A stretch of 64,000 nucleotides of DNA, from contig OZ024740.1 of assembly GCA_964016885.1 (NCBI GenBank), positions 383,470,001-383,534,000 of the forward strand, written 5' to 3'. The first letter of the stretch is position 1. The number at the start of each line of letters is the position of its first letter. Both the position numbers and the translations under genes were made by a program. Positions 10,810 through 23,175 of the stretch are shown in pieces. This DNA comes from Eledone cirrhosa (Eukaryota). The notes under the pieces are model-generated. The model searched no databases. It was not told the DNA's origin and saw only the letters and a program-made list of their open reading frames with translations.

Positions 10810-13088
10810 ATACAGACGTTGTGATATATATATATATATTTTTTTTGTTTTAAGTGATAATGTGAAAGTTAAATGCAATGGAATAAATAGTTAAATCTGA
10901 CAATAAAACAATAAAAACTATATAGTGAGAGCCTTCATGACCGCCAGACTTAAAAGAAATAGCAACCATTCGATAAAGTAGATCCATATGCATGTAAATG
11001 AAGTAACAAAATATGCTAATGACACAACTAGAAAACCTTTCATTGAAATTCTATTCGATCATTACTGCCATGAACTAACATAAACAACACAACGTTGCGT
11101 CTTTATGATACGATAAAATATATAATCCTGAATATTTTTTGCATTGAAACTCATTAAAACATAGTTAAATTTAGCTTATCGCTATATTAATGGAATTTAT
11201 TTTATCGACTTCAGCTACGTGCCAATGATGAAATAGATTTTTTCGTGACTGATACCTACAATAACTAGACACCGATTTATATACTAATGGTTTACTATTC
11301 AAATCTCTGCACATTCAAATAGAAGTGAAATTTTATTTGACTATGCAAACCTATGTCATATTTGCACATTATTCCAGGGATTTAAGCAGCATAGAGTTAC
11401 AGAAAACGGATCAACCTGGCACTTGAACTCGTCACTGCTTTCATCTACCTTCTTTTCCGCAAACACCTTGGAGTGTATGATTTTAAATTATATAAAAGTC
11501 ATATATATGAGTTGGAAAATTTACTTAAAGTATACAGAATATCAGCAGGTATGTGAAAATTAAAGCTATATAAATTCAGAATAATATGTGAAATCCACTT
11601 TCAGAAGATTAATTAAATATCTACATATTGAATTTGATTTAAGTATTGAAACCGCAAAACCACACACAAGGTTACTTAGGATTATAAGAAACTGATATGG
11701 TATAACATACAGAAATGACGAAACTAATATTAGAAATTACCCTCGCCCTATAATCATAAATCGCAGCTTCCATATAATAAGCTAAAATTTTAATAAGCTG
11801 AATAACTTTCAGACTCTAGAAAACTATTCAATGCGTTCCAAGCCCAACCCAATCTAGCTCATTGTTTGTTTGTGAATGTGCCCCTATGTGTGTGTGTGTG
11901 AGTGTGTGTGTGTGTGTGTGTTTATGTGTGTGTTTATGTGTGTGTTTATGTGCGTGTGTGTGGGTGGATGTGTCTGTGTGCGTGTGTGTGTCTGTGTGTT
12001 TGTGTGTGTGAGTATGTGTATATAAATATACGGTACTCCTTGAACATGCGCAAATAAGTCGACCTCTCATTCAAGTGCCTTTATATGTCAAACACACCAC
12101 ACAGGATCTACAATATTTTCTCTACCAGCAAAATTATATTTATTAATATAAAACAACTGACGAAACGAAAATAGATGTAAAAAATATTACTCTTACTGAA
12201 ATACAAAATAAGTACAGATCCAACTGGTTGCAGTGAAAAGCTTCGCCTGAAAACATTTCTTTGTTTCTAATTTAGGCAACAAAGTACAACATTTGATCAA
12301 CAGGAGAGTCGAATATAATCTATCCCAGTATTTTGTCCGATAGTATATATTATCGACCACGAGATTATGAAGCTTCCTACAGTGAAATTAAAACTCAGAT
12401 TGTAAAGAGTCGAAAAAATATGTGGCATTCTATTATCCCTTTAATGATATTATTAGTAGTATGTGTATCTGCCTATCAGAGACGTCCCAAACATGGATAT
12501 CCTGTAATAGCACAGTTCTAGTGTATGTAGGACCACACTATTCACACGTAAGTATAATTTGTGGGATATTTACTTTCTATTTTCAACAGACAGATCCTCT
12601 TAAATATAGGCGAAAAAACTTTCACTGTTTGGTGAAATTTGGGCCGCATTCAAATCTGAAATATAAAAATAATACATATGAATGTAGTATAATTATGATA
12701 TATTTTAAGAAGAAAATTCATTTTGGAGGCTGATTTACCCAAATAGAATTTGTTGCATATGTATATTCCCCAACCCACTTGGACAGTATTCCGCTTTGAC
12801 ACGACAATATTTCATTTGCTTTACTTGCTTTAAGAGGTGTGATTGTCAGATATTTACAGCAATGTATTGATTTTTTAATCTCTAGATCAATAATAAAGTT
12901 CCGTGACACTGAAAGAATAAGTCAAATTGGCATGCGGTTTGATCTCATATTAACACATTTCCTCTACTGGAACTATATGGAAAAATAACACAGATAAACA
13001 CCTCTTTAAAATGGACGAAGACGCCCTCCTTTATTCATTTATTCTAGACAAATATATATATGTGTGTTTGTGTGTGTTTGTGTGTGTA

Positions 13089-13142
<54 letters not shown>

Positions 13143-13146
<4 letters not shown>

Positions 13147-13346
13147 AACGAGTAGGACTCCGACGGCTGAGCTCAAGCCGCTTCGACGGCTAATTCTGGA
13201 CTAGTCCAGAGTCCAGAATTAGCCGTCGAAGCGGCTTGAGCTCAGCCGTCAGGGTCCTACTCGTTCCTATTACCCACTCTACTACCCTAAGTATTGAGTA
13301 CTTTGGTGCGTTATGGTCCACCTGGTTCCTTACCAGATTTCCTTCG

Positions 13347-13349
<3 letters not shown>
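13143..13349. mobile_element. Family D fold-back with ~80-nt right tail
   Basis: TAGGAACGAGTAGGAC...GTCCTACTCGTTCCTA inverted arms, (AT)n flanks. Confidence 0.85.
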
Positions 13350-13387
<38 letters not shown>

Positions 13388-13500
13388 TAATGATAATTCC
13401 AAACGCCGAGTGTAGAAATTCATGACTCATTTTATTCAGAAAACACCGTAATACTTATTTTCCTGGTTTTCATGAGTACGATATGTAGTCATCACATAAC

Positions 13501-13742
13501 CACCAACCCGACTTCATCAGACAGCTTCTCATATAATATTCCTATTTCAATATGGGTCGCATACAATGGGACGAAATGAAACAATTGGCGTTCATCCACA
13601 GCCTGACACTATATGAATCAACTTTACTAAGGACAAACAAACATTGTTTCATTCCGTCTCTTTATCTATATCCCATTTTCAAATAGGGATGTTACATAAG
13701 ACCTTACTAATTAAGATGTTGTCTGATGAAGTCGTGTTGGTG
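13501..13742. repeat. Old diverged fold-back with outward-facing CTGATGA motifs
   Basis: CACCAACCCGACTTCATCAGACA versus TGTCTGATGAAGTCGTGTTGGTG. Inner arms GAAATGAAACAAT / ATTGTTTCATTCC. Confidence 0.6.
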
Positions 13743-13829
13743 ATTGCCTGATTGCCTTGTGTAATTACGAACATAATAAAAAATTATATTAAATATATAA
13801 TTGTTTTGTGTTGTATGTTGTGACACACC

Positions 13830-14097
13830 TCACAACACAAAAAAAACAAGATGGTGTAGGTCAGAAAAAAGGAGAGATACAAAAGAAAAACCCAGTCACT
13901 GAAGAGGTCACAGAATGTGTGACGAAAGAGTTTTGACAATGTATAAATAACCAACCGGACATTTATAATAGATTGAAGGGAAAACGAACAGGTTCGTATA
14001 TTTTCATTGGCAGCAGGTCCCTCCTATAGTATAACGATATCTGCTTCAACACACGTTTTCAGAAAAGAAATCATGCAAAATAAACTCAAAAACGAAA
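13830..14097 (+). mobile_element. Diverged PLE family A pLTR plus tail, hammerhead at 13894-13937
   Basis: CCCAGTCACTGAAGAGGTCACAGAATGTGTGACGAAAG. The tail matches the reverse complement of 6511-6567. Confidence 0.75.
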
Positions 14098-15329
14098 CAT
14101 ATATATATATATGATGTAAAAGATGCTAGATGTTCGGATCATCGTAAGGTTATGAATATGACACGTTGTGGCTTGTTGCACCCTTCAGCAAGGCACTTCA
14201 TGTCATGTTGTTGTAATCCACTCAGCTGACAAAAAGGATTCAACATTATAGTTAAGCTTATTTTTGCCTAGAAATCTCCAAAGGATTTGTGTTCGGACAA
14301 ATGTGACAGTAGAAACCATTCAGTGCATATTTTCACCTCTTCTCTTCATAATTATCCTGATCTGAATTGGCATAGCTATGACCGGTTGGAATTCACGTCA
14401 GAACCGATTGATATTTGCGGACAACATACTGCTACATAATTTATCAGAATATGATTTCTAAAATTCAATGTGTGTTTGCTGCTTAATGCAGCACGGCTAG
14501 AATAAAGATCAGTACTACGAAATGTGAGACAAACTATAGAAATTAATCTTAAAATACCACTTCCATTACAAACAGTCAATATGTTCAACAATCGCTACTT
14601 TCTAGGAACCGGCTGGTATTTATTGTATAGCCGTTCAAGAAAATATAGTAAAACACAATGTAAGGCGAGAAGCATGTGGAATCAGAAGAGTGAATCAAAC
14701 AAAGAAGCCACAGGCACATAGACGAGAGGCGAGTGAAAGTAATAAGAAGAACGCGAAGGGGTGGAATGAGTGATAGATTGCTAGAAGAATATAATCAAAG
14801 ATATGTGAGAGAAGAGAGAGATTGGTAGCGAGTGGAAAAGCGAGATAAAACACTAATCGGAAATGATAGTGACAAAACAAGGGAATTGAAATAGAGAAGG
14901 TACACGGTTCTTTAGAGTACAAGAGAGCGGACAGCACACTGAAGTGGAGGGTTGGTCAGCTGATCCAATCAATAGAGAAAGTGGGAAGGCGAGGATAACA
15001 AGACAGAATCCCCGTCAATTAAAAGAGGATCGAAAAGGAGTGATATGGGAAGGGTGGCCAAATTTAGGACAGATGTGGAGATGAGGTTTGGGGGAAGAGG
15101 AAGAGAACGAAAGATGAACGTTAAGAGGTAGGAATAATTAATCAACGCAGATTGAAGAATAGAAGATTGGTGAACTGGGATATGAGTTGATGAGTATGTA
15201 ATATACAAGAAATAGTAGACCAATAGAGACCAACTGATAAATTCGAAATGTTGGAGTTGTATTTGTTTGGCTACCAAACAACATGACTTGAAAGTATATG
15301 TTCAAATAAAAAGGTGCAGATAACTGTTA

Positions 15330-15363
<34 letters not shown>

Positions 15364-15386
15364 TTCACAGTCACACCCACCCATAT

Positions 15387-15439
<53 letters not shown>

Positions 15440-15510
15440 TTCAGATCTAGCTGTAGAAACGGACGGAACTCAGCCGTCGGGGTCCTTACTCTTTTCCTAT
15501 ATATACATAT

Positions 15511-15542
<32 letters not shown>

Positions 15543-15543
<1 letters not shown>

Positions 15544-16170
15544 GTATTAATTATACTATTTATGGTTATGCAAATACAAAAACCTTTTGCAGTTATATAT
15601 ATTTTTATATAAACCCTAAATAGTGGTAGGCAGTAATATATTACTACTTTATTACCAGTAAGCTAAATAGTTCAACTTTAAAAACATCAGATGATTTACA
15701 GAGCAGTTATATGAATTATAAGAATCAAAGAACTGTTGAAAACATTTTTATGCTTACAACTGTTTCCTCCAAACCGAGGTTTGGATTCTTCGGAGCAATT
15801 TATTATTGAATGAACGCTTATATGACCTCCTTATCACCCAAGAGACATACAGATACATATGAAAATATTGTGGGTCAACATTCATTATAGCATTTAGTGT
15901 GGCAGTACACACTTAGAGATTACATTCATATTAAAAGATACAATCAAAAATACAGGTTAAAATACAACATGAAATTAAGCGGTTATATAGTGCAAAGGTT
16001 ATATGTGTGGCAAGCACGTGCGTCTTGTTTATATAGTGTGGCAGAGAGAGACGTGTAATAGAAGCATTTAAGCAGGTAATCGAGAGTGTTAAGGTGGTTG
16101 ATCTGGTGATGAATTCTTTATATGATTGTTATAGTCTGTGCGCGGCTTAAGCATTTACATTACTCTATAT
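15543..16170 (-). mobile_element. Family F pLTR-like fragment with hammerhead at 15751-15797 (-)
   Basis: Matches 50355-50780. The right boundary is approximate. Confidence 0.75.
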
Positions 16171-16201
16171 ATACTATATTATTTTCATGGTAAAGGCTTT
16201 A

Positions 16202-19200
16202 TCTACATAATATAAAAATCTCATAGATTTAATTTTATTTATTTTGAGAACAATACCTTAACCCTTTAGTATTAATGTGAGTGAGTTATAAAGAGAAAGA
16301 GTGAGAGTGAAAGAAACAGACAGACTAAAAGATGAGGATAGCGGGAGAGAGAGAGAGAGAGACGCTGGAAGAGTGGAAGGAAAGCTATAAGTAATTAACA
16401 CGTGTGCGTGTGTGTGCGCGTGCGCGCGTGTGTGTGTGTACGTGTACGCGCGTGTGTGTGCATGCGCGCGCGTGTGTGTGTGCGTGTGCGTGTGTGTGTG
16501 TGTGTTCGCGCAGGGTTCCATTATGAGTTAAATCTATTAACAGGTGTGTGTGTGAGTTTGCGCGCGTTTCTTTGTTTGCGTGCTGCAGTGTGTGTGACTA
16601 CTTGCGTGTGGCGTTTCATTTACACCATGTTTGTCACTGACAACATATTCGCTAACTTACACTCATTCCAACCGCTGCTCTTACTGTTACCCCTCTCCCT
16701 ATCCATACCCCGTTCGGAAATCACATGCATCGGTTTTTAATTCACTGACGAGTTTATTCCTTACTCTACCAGTGAGTTTCAGTGTACTTTGTACTGCTTT
16801 TAGGTCATGCCTCGAAGGAAGAGATACTCCATTGGCCGAAAAACTGCGAAAGCAGCAACAACACGAACAGGGTGGGCAAACGAATCGTCAGTGGAATCTG
16901 CTATTCGGCGTTCGCAAGATGCTAAATGTACTGCCACCAGAAGAGCACTTGAAACAGACAATCAACGAACCATTCGCCGAACCGCTAATGCCGCATCAAC
17001 TTCTGTTGCACGAGCAGCCGAGACGGACGACCAGCGTAAAAGACGTTGGAGTACAGATTCTGTGAAAACTGCTGCTGTGCGAGCTACACAGACCTCGCAA
17101 GAACGAGACATTCGACTACAATGTAATGCTCAACGAAGGGTTTTTGGACAGGATATTTCAAAGCCGTGTAGCTCGCGATGGTCCTTCAAAGTATTTGAGT
17201 ACAACCCTGACTTTGATTACAGTGGCCATCCAGACATGCGAATTGGAAGTATGTCAAAGACGTGCTCTTTCTACAATGCAAAAAAGTGGCCCGGAGAAAC
17301 ACTTGGCTTGTGTTGCGCCAATGGAAAAGTAAAATTACGTCCCTTGGAGGATCCACCACAACCGTTGAAGATCTTATATTCAGTCAGTACTGCGGAGTCA
17401 CAGCATTTCATGACTTACATCCGGGGTATAACTGTGCTTTCTAAATCACATCTTTCGGGGCGAACATTGTCAAGGAAGGCGGATTTATGCCCACATTTAA
17501 GGTTCAAGGTCAGGTGTACCATAGAATCGGATCCCTCCACGCTGCCGCCAATCCAGAACCTTAATTTCTTCAGCTGTACATTGTTGGGAATGTCAACGAG
17601 CAAGCAGCCATGAGGAACTCCATTTCACACGGTACCAATGTCGAGCTTATAAGGAAATTGCAAGACATTCTGCACACAAAAACAGTTATGTCATTAGCTT
17701 CACGTATGGCTTGGAAGCAGATACCACAGCCAATTTTAATGTGGTAATTGATGCCTCGAAAATGCCATCTGGGGAGCATCCGCTCGGTATAATTATCCTG
17801 CATGCAATGAAATCGCTGTACTTATGCATGGGGGTCAGCATAATCCACGAGACAGTGTCCTCAAGCGTCGAGATAGCACTCTTCAGCGAATCAGCGAAAC
17901 ACATAGGTCTTATGATGCGCTCCAGTATCCACTTCTCTTTGTAAATGGTGAGGACGGCTATCAGTACGGAATTCACCAGCATAATCCAGTAAACACTCAA
18001 CACTCCGTCAAAAAACCAGTTTCATGCATGGATTTCTACTCCTACCGCTTTATGGTTCGCCACGATTCCTTCAATCACCTGCACCAGTCAAGAGACCTAC
18101 TTCAGCAATTCGCCGTTGATATGTGCGCAAAAATTGAATCGGAGAGACTGTGTTTCATACGGTCACACCAAAGGCAACTGCGGTCCGAGACCTACATCCA
18201 TCTCCGAGATGTCATCAACAATGACGCAGCTCCCAGCAGCGTAGGAAAAGTCTACATGCTCCTCTCCACCTTCACCGGAAGTCCGCGCTACATGCACGAG
18301 AGAACGCAGGATGCTATGACCTACGTACGGCATTACGGCAGGCCCGATCTGTTCATCACATTCACTTGCAACCCAAAGTGTAAGGAGATCGGGACAGAAC
18401 TGTTCCAAGAGCAACAGCCCAAAGACAGGCATGACCTCCTGGCCCGAATCTTTCGGCTGAAGCTTATCAATCTCATGGAGCTCATCAAGAGAGGTCAAGT
18501 CTTTGGCCCAGTAAAGTGCGACATGTACACCGTAGAGTGGCAGAAGAGGGGCTTACCGCACGTCCACATCCTCATTTGGCTGTCAACAAAAATATCTTCA
18601 AATGACATTGACAGCATCATCTCCGAAGAGTTTCCCGATCCATCTATAGACAAAGACCTCTATGACATAGTGAAGACAAACATGGTCAATGGTCCATGTG
18701 GGCGGGGCCTCAATTTAAGCTCACCTTACTTGAACGACAATGTCTGCAGCAGGGAAAGTCTTTTCGCATTTGCACGCCGAGGAAAAACAAGAAACATCGC
18801 TTACAACGAGGTGTTGTAAATGCAACAGCGAGGAGATAGGTCCGTAATCACAATTTCTTTAGCCAGCCTGATGAGCTTTTAAACAGTCTCTTAACTAAAA
18901 CGTATGTTTCCCTCGGTTAAAGGTGATCGCCTTCAGAGAGGAACCCAGCATGACAATCGGCGCGGCAATTTAAGGCGGCTGTACAAATCGTGAACGCATA
19001 CAGTGTCATTCTAATGGCTGCCAATGAACGCAACTGAAGTACTTTTTGCAGCCATTGGAGAACGCAATCAAAGTCCTTCCAAGGGTTGCAAGTGAACGAT
19101 CAAACGGCCCTTTTTAGGGCCGAAATTGTTGATGGTGAGCCCTCATTTTTAGGGCTGTCAGTGAACGCACACACAACCCGATTTAAGAGGCCCTACTTAA

Positions 19201-19602
19201 GATTGTTTGATGGCTACAGCAATAGTAAATTCATATCGACCAGCATCTGCTAAAACAGTGTTATAAGCACTACAATGGACAGACAGGTACGTTATCGCTC
19301 TTCTCAACAAGCCCTGTTTACCTTTATTTATTTTTCCTAACAACATTTGCTTCCTTTGGTTAAAGGTGAACACACGCACGACCCTTTCTTAGCCACCCCC
19401 TCCCCTCCTTCATGAAATTGGAAATTTATGTTGCTCACAACAATTATTGTTTTTATGAACTCAGAATTGATTTCATTGTGTGTCCCAATTGAAGAATAAA
19501 TTGAATTTTGAATAACACATTTCTATACAACATATTTTGCTCCTTTCTTCTAATATGTAAGGAACAATTTCATTCCCGGGCAACGCCGGGTGCCTATCCT
19601 AG
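16202..19602 (+). mobile_element. Helitron, internally deleted
   Basis: A|TCTACATAATATAAAA 5' end. 3' hairpin CCCGGgcaacgCCGGG followed by CTAG|T. Rep motifs inside. Confidence 0.9.
16807..18819 (+). pseudogene. Helitron Rep/helicase, frameshifted, helicase largely deleted
   Basis: CCANGKV, YDALQYPLL, TFTGSPRYM, PDLFITFTCNP, VEWQKRGLPHVH, then a jump to a C-terminus-like GKTRNIAYNEVL*. Confidence 0.9.
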
Positions 19603-19605
19603 TAC

Positions 19606-20478
19606 ATTATATAAAATGAAGAAACATTAGATATAATTAATAGGATATACCATACCTAAATTCCCTCATTACTCCTTGACTACGTAGTTTCGTGGCATAT
19701 TATGCAAAAACACTACATCACTGAGATACAGTATTTTTGTGAGGTTTGCCGACTTATCAAGAGGATACATCATTTAGAATTTTAAAACACATCCGTAGGA
19801 CGCGAGATAGAATCCCGAAATGCGGAGGGGGAGTCAATCACGTGATACAGCGGTCAAGAAACAGAGCTAATCCTCTTACAACAAATAAAACATACCACAA
19901 AGGCGGCGGGGGTACTTATAACAAAGCCGTAAAAGAGATGGCTAGGATGGCGAGAAGTATGAGTAATGATAGCTTTCCAGCAGTCACTACACTTCAATGA
20001 TTACTCTACCATAGGGAGTTATAAACAATATAAAGAAATACACAGATACATGCGGACACATACATATACATGAATATATCCACATGTATCCCTGAATGTG
20101 TGGCGCCAACTCCAACGGATCGTCCTACGGATGTGTTTTGAAACTCTAAATGACGTATCCTCTTGATAAGTCGGCAAACCTCACAAAAATCTCTGTGATG
20201 TAGTGTTTTTGCATAATATGCCACGAAACTACGTAGTCGAAGAGTAATGAGGGAATTTAGGTATGGTATATCTTATTAATTATATCTAATGTTTCTTCTT
20301 TCTTTATAATGTATTATATAGCTCTGATACTGAATCAATCTAATCCATTCGGATTATTTTGTCCCAGTTATTCATAGAGCAACAACGGTTGGAGTTGGCA
20401 CCACAAATTTAGGGATATATGTGAATATATTCATGTATATGTATGTGTCCGCATGTATCTGTGTATTTCTTTATATTA
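19606..20478. mobile_element. Family E inverted/tandem hammerhead-bearing element
   Basis: 19606-19802 is the reverse complement of 20121-20312. 20026-20118 is the reverse complement of 20387-20478. Confidence 0.85.
20158..20243 (+). ncRNA. Hammerhead ribozyme, U3-A8 core variant; mirror copy at 19673-19765 (-)
   Basis: TCCTC-TTGATAA-GTcGGCA...TGCCAC-GAAAC-TACGTA-GTC-GAAGA. The other copy has AAGGA, so the inferred ancestral stem I strand is GAGGA. Confidence 0.75.
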
Positions 20479-20531
20479 TATATATATATATATATACATA
20501 TATATGTGTGTGTGTGTGTGTGTGCGTGTGT

Positions 20532-20625
<94 letters not shown>

Positions 20626-21269
20626 GTGTGGGTGTATATATATATATATATATATGAGCGGAATTTATTGCTAGTACATACCCGCAGAGGCTAAAGAACA
20701 CAAGACTTGTTGAAGAAGTAAATCCTTTGTTCTGTTGTCAAAAACTTTAACTTGCAGACCCCTGCTAGCGGAACTTGTCGATATTGGATTTGCAGAAACC
20801 TCGCGCTGATGTTGTGTGCTGTATGTGATGTATATCGTATGGAATACGATATGCATTATTTGGTGCATTCCGTCCCAGCGTTCTGTCCAGGTCAGTCTAA
20901 AATCTTTTCCTGAGTCCTGTATTTTCGTTGCTGTGGTAATGCGGCTGGACTGCCGATCGCTATATTTGATTTGCTAAACTTTCTAAACGTGTTGTTATTA
21001 CTCTTGTGTACTATTCCCATTCGATTATTAAAGCTACACACCGAATTTGCATTCGTTAGCTTGGCCGCAAACTAAAGCTTCGTTAATGCTGTACTAAAAT
21101 GTGTATATATATAAATATATATATAAATATATATATAAATATATAGTAGTATACATTTACTTGTTCACTTTCGTCGACACATGCCGAACAGTTGGTCGTC
21201 AGGACAAAGGAAACGTACGTAGCTGCTATGGAGCCGTTGTACTAACTGGCTTTAATAATTGTATATATA

Positions 21270-21370
<101 letters not shown>

Positions 21371-22620
21371 ATGTGTGTGCGTGTGTATGTCACGGCTAGA
21401 GGAATCGAGAGATTTTAACAACGGCAATTTGGTTTCGCACTGATCATTCCACCCCTCAGCGGATCGTGGACAACATTAGAGATGAGTGCTTTTATTTTAT
21501 AAAAGAAAGGAACGTTTGACTGATATTACTAGCATAGACATGACTTCATAGAAGCACCCTAACTCTCACGTGCCTGTGTGTCTTAGAGTGTGTGTATGTG
21601 TACGCGCGCGCACGTATGGTTAGTCCTATGAGTAATATGTGTATATATTAAAGTGCTGAATGCGGCAACGGCATGTCTATCCTTATGTATGTATATTTTA
21701 TAAACATACATCTAAAGGCAACGTTTTGCTATCACAACAAAAAATAACTTTTTTTACTCGTGGCAGCATGCTTCTATTGAAAGAGCAGATTTGAAAGGTA
21801 TAATAACACTTTATGAAAACAGAATAGCTTCAAAGACACAACAGATAAGTGGCGTCTGTTAAACCAACATGTTGACATTGTTTATTTAACAAATTATCTA
21901 TGAAATTCCGTACATTCTCGTTTCATTCGATCGAAGGGCTGTAAACTGTATTCTAAAAAGTAAATCTTTAAATGACGCTGAACGATGCTACTTCGAATGT
22001 TTACTTAAGAGGAAATCACTATTTCTCATACAAGCGGTCGAAGAGGTACGATGCTGAAAATGTTGTAATCGTATGTTTTATACACAAGGTTACACACACA
22101 CGCGCACACAAACATACACACACACACACTCACACACAGACAAAATACACATAGAGACAGAGAGGCACAAACTTGTCCACAACCATACACTCATGCACAC
22201 ACACGCAGAGCATACGTATGTGTTTAAGAGAAATTTTAATGACGTATGATTGGATTCATTCAGGTCTTTTTTTAATTTTTTATTCTTATTCTTACTTTCT
22301 CTTACGTTTTCCGGTAACGGAATGATAAGTGCGAAATATTTAACATTTCCTTATCTCCTTCAGCGTCAAAACTAATACTACATTTTATCATGTATGTGTT
22401 TTTGTAAATTTGTGTATTTATGTGGCAATACTTTCACCAAGAATATAGCTTTCTTTTTATCAAGTCTCGTTAATGTAAGTTATAGGCATAGCTTTAGACA
22501 AAGTATTTTCACAGCTTATATTTTCATAACCCAAATAAAGAGGTTAATAAAAGGCCTTAACACATTTCTATTTCCTAGTAGAATTAACCTTTCCATTTTG
22601 TGTGAAAAGGGCAACATATA

Positions 22621-23116
22621 TGTACAGCCACCGGAAATAACATCTGTGAAATATTCAGCGCCATCTACCTGTTAGCTATCTACCTCAACGTGAAACAAAA
22701 GAAACCTTAAAACCTACCAGAATAAACGCCTACACAGCGGCTAAACATAAAACGATTATTCCTGTATAAATAGAGTGGTTCCAAACACTTCAGCAGTCGA
22801 CTTTTGGCAGAGTCAGCTAGCGTATCGTTGTTCCCTTACTATGCCACGCTTTGTCACTCACACACGCCTTGTACCTCGTATCGTCGCTTCATGTGAAAAT
22901 AAATGGCTGATCGAATTTACATCTCGCCTTGTTTCGTCCTTTCAACTTGTACTTTCGTCTGTCCATCCTCAACAGTTCTTTTAAGGGCTATATGCGACAA
23001 CAGTCCTTTTAAGGGCTACCTTCAGATCTGATCAGACCGTATGCGATAACAGTCCTAAGGGCTATTCCCAGATCTGATCGGACGTAGTGACCAGACTGAC
23101 TAACCACGTCGCTACA
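22621..23116 (+). repeat. Probable 5' LTR of the Gypsy element
   Basis: TGT...ACA ends, TATA-like TATAAATA at ~22765, AATAAA at ~22898, internal tandem repeats, and immediately followed by the PBS. The left boundary is inferred. Confidence 0.65.
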
Positions 23117-23118
23117 AT

Positions 23119-23150
23119 TGGTGACCCGGACGTGAGTCGAACGCGCAACC
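23119..23150 (+). promoter_or_regulatory. Primer-binding site complementary to tRNA-Trp
   Basis: TGGTGACCCGGACGTGAGTCGAACGCGCAACC. Confidence 0.8.
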
Positions 23151-23175
23151 AGACAGCACCTAAGAAGATACCAAC

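Noticed and set aside
21157-21226. Hammerhead-like motifs (CTGACGA...GAAA on minus, GAAACGTACGTA on plus)
   Set aside because: The minus motif lacks the UH triplet and stem I. The plus motif lacks the CUGANGA core.
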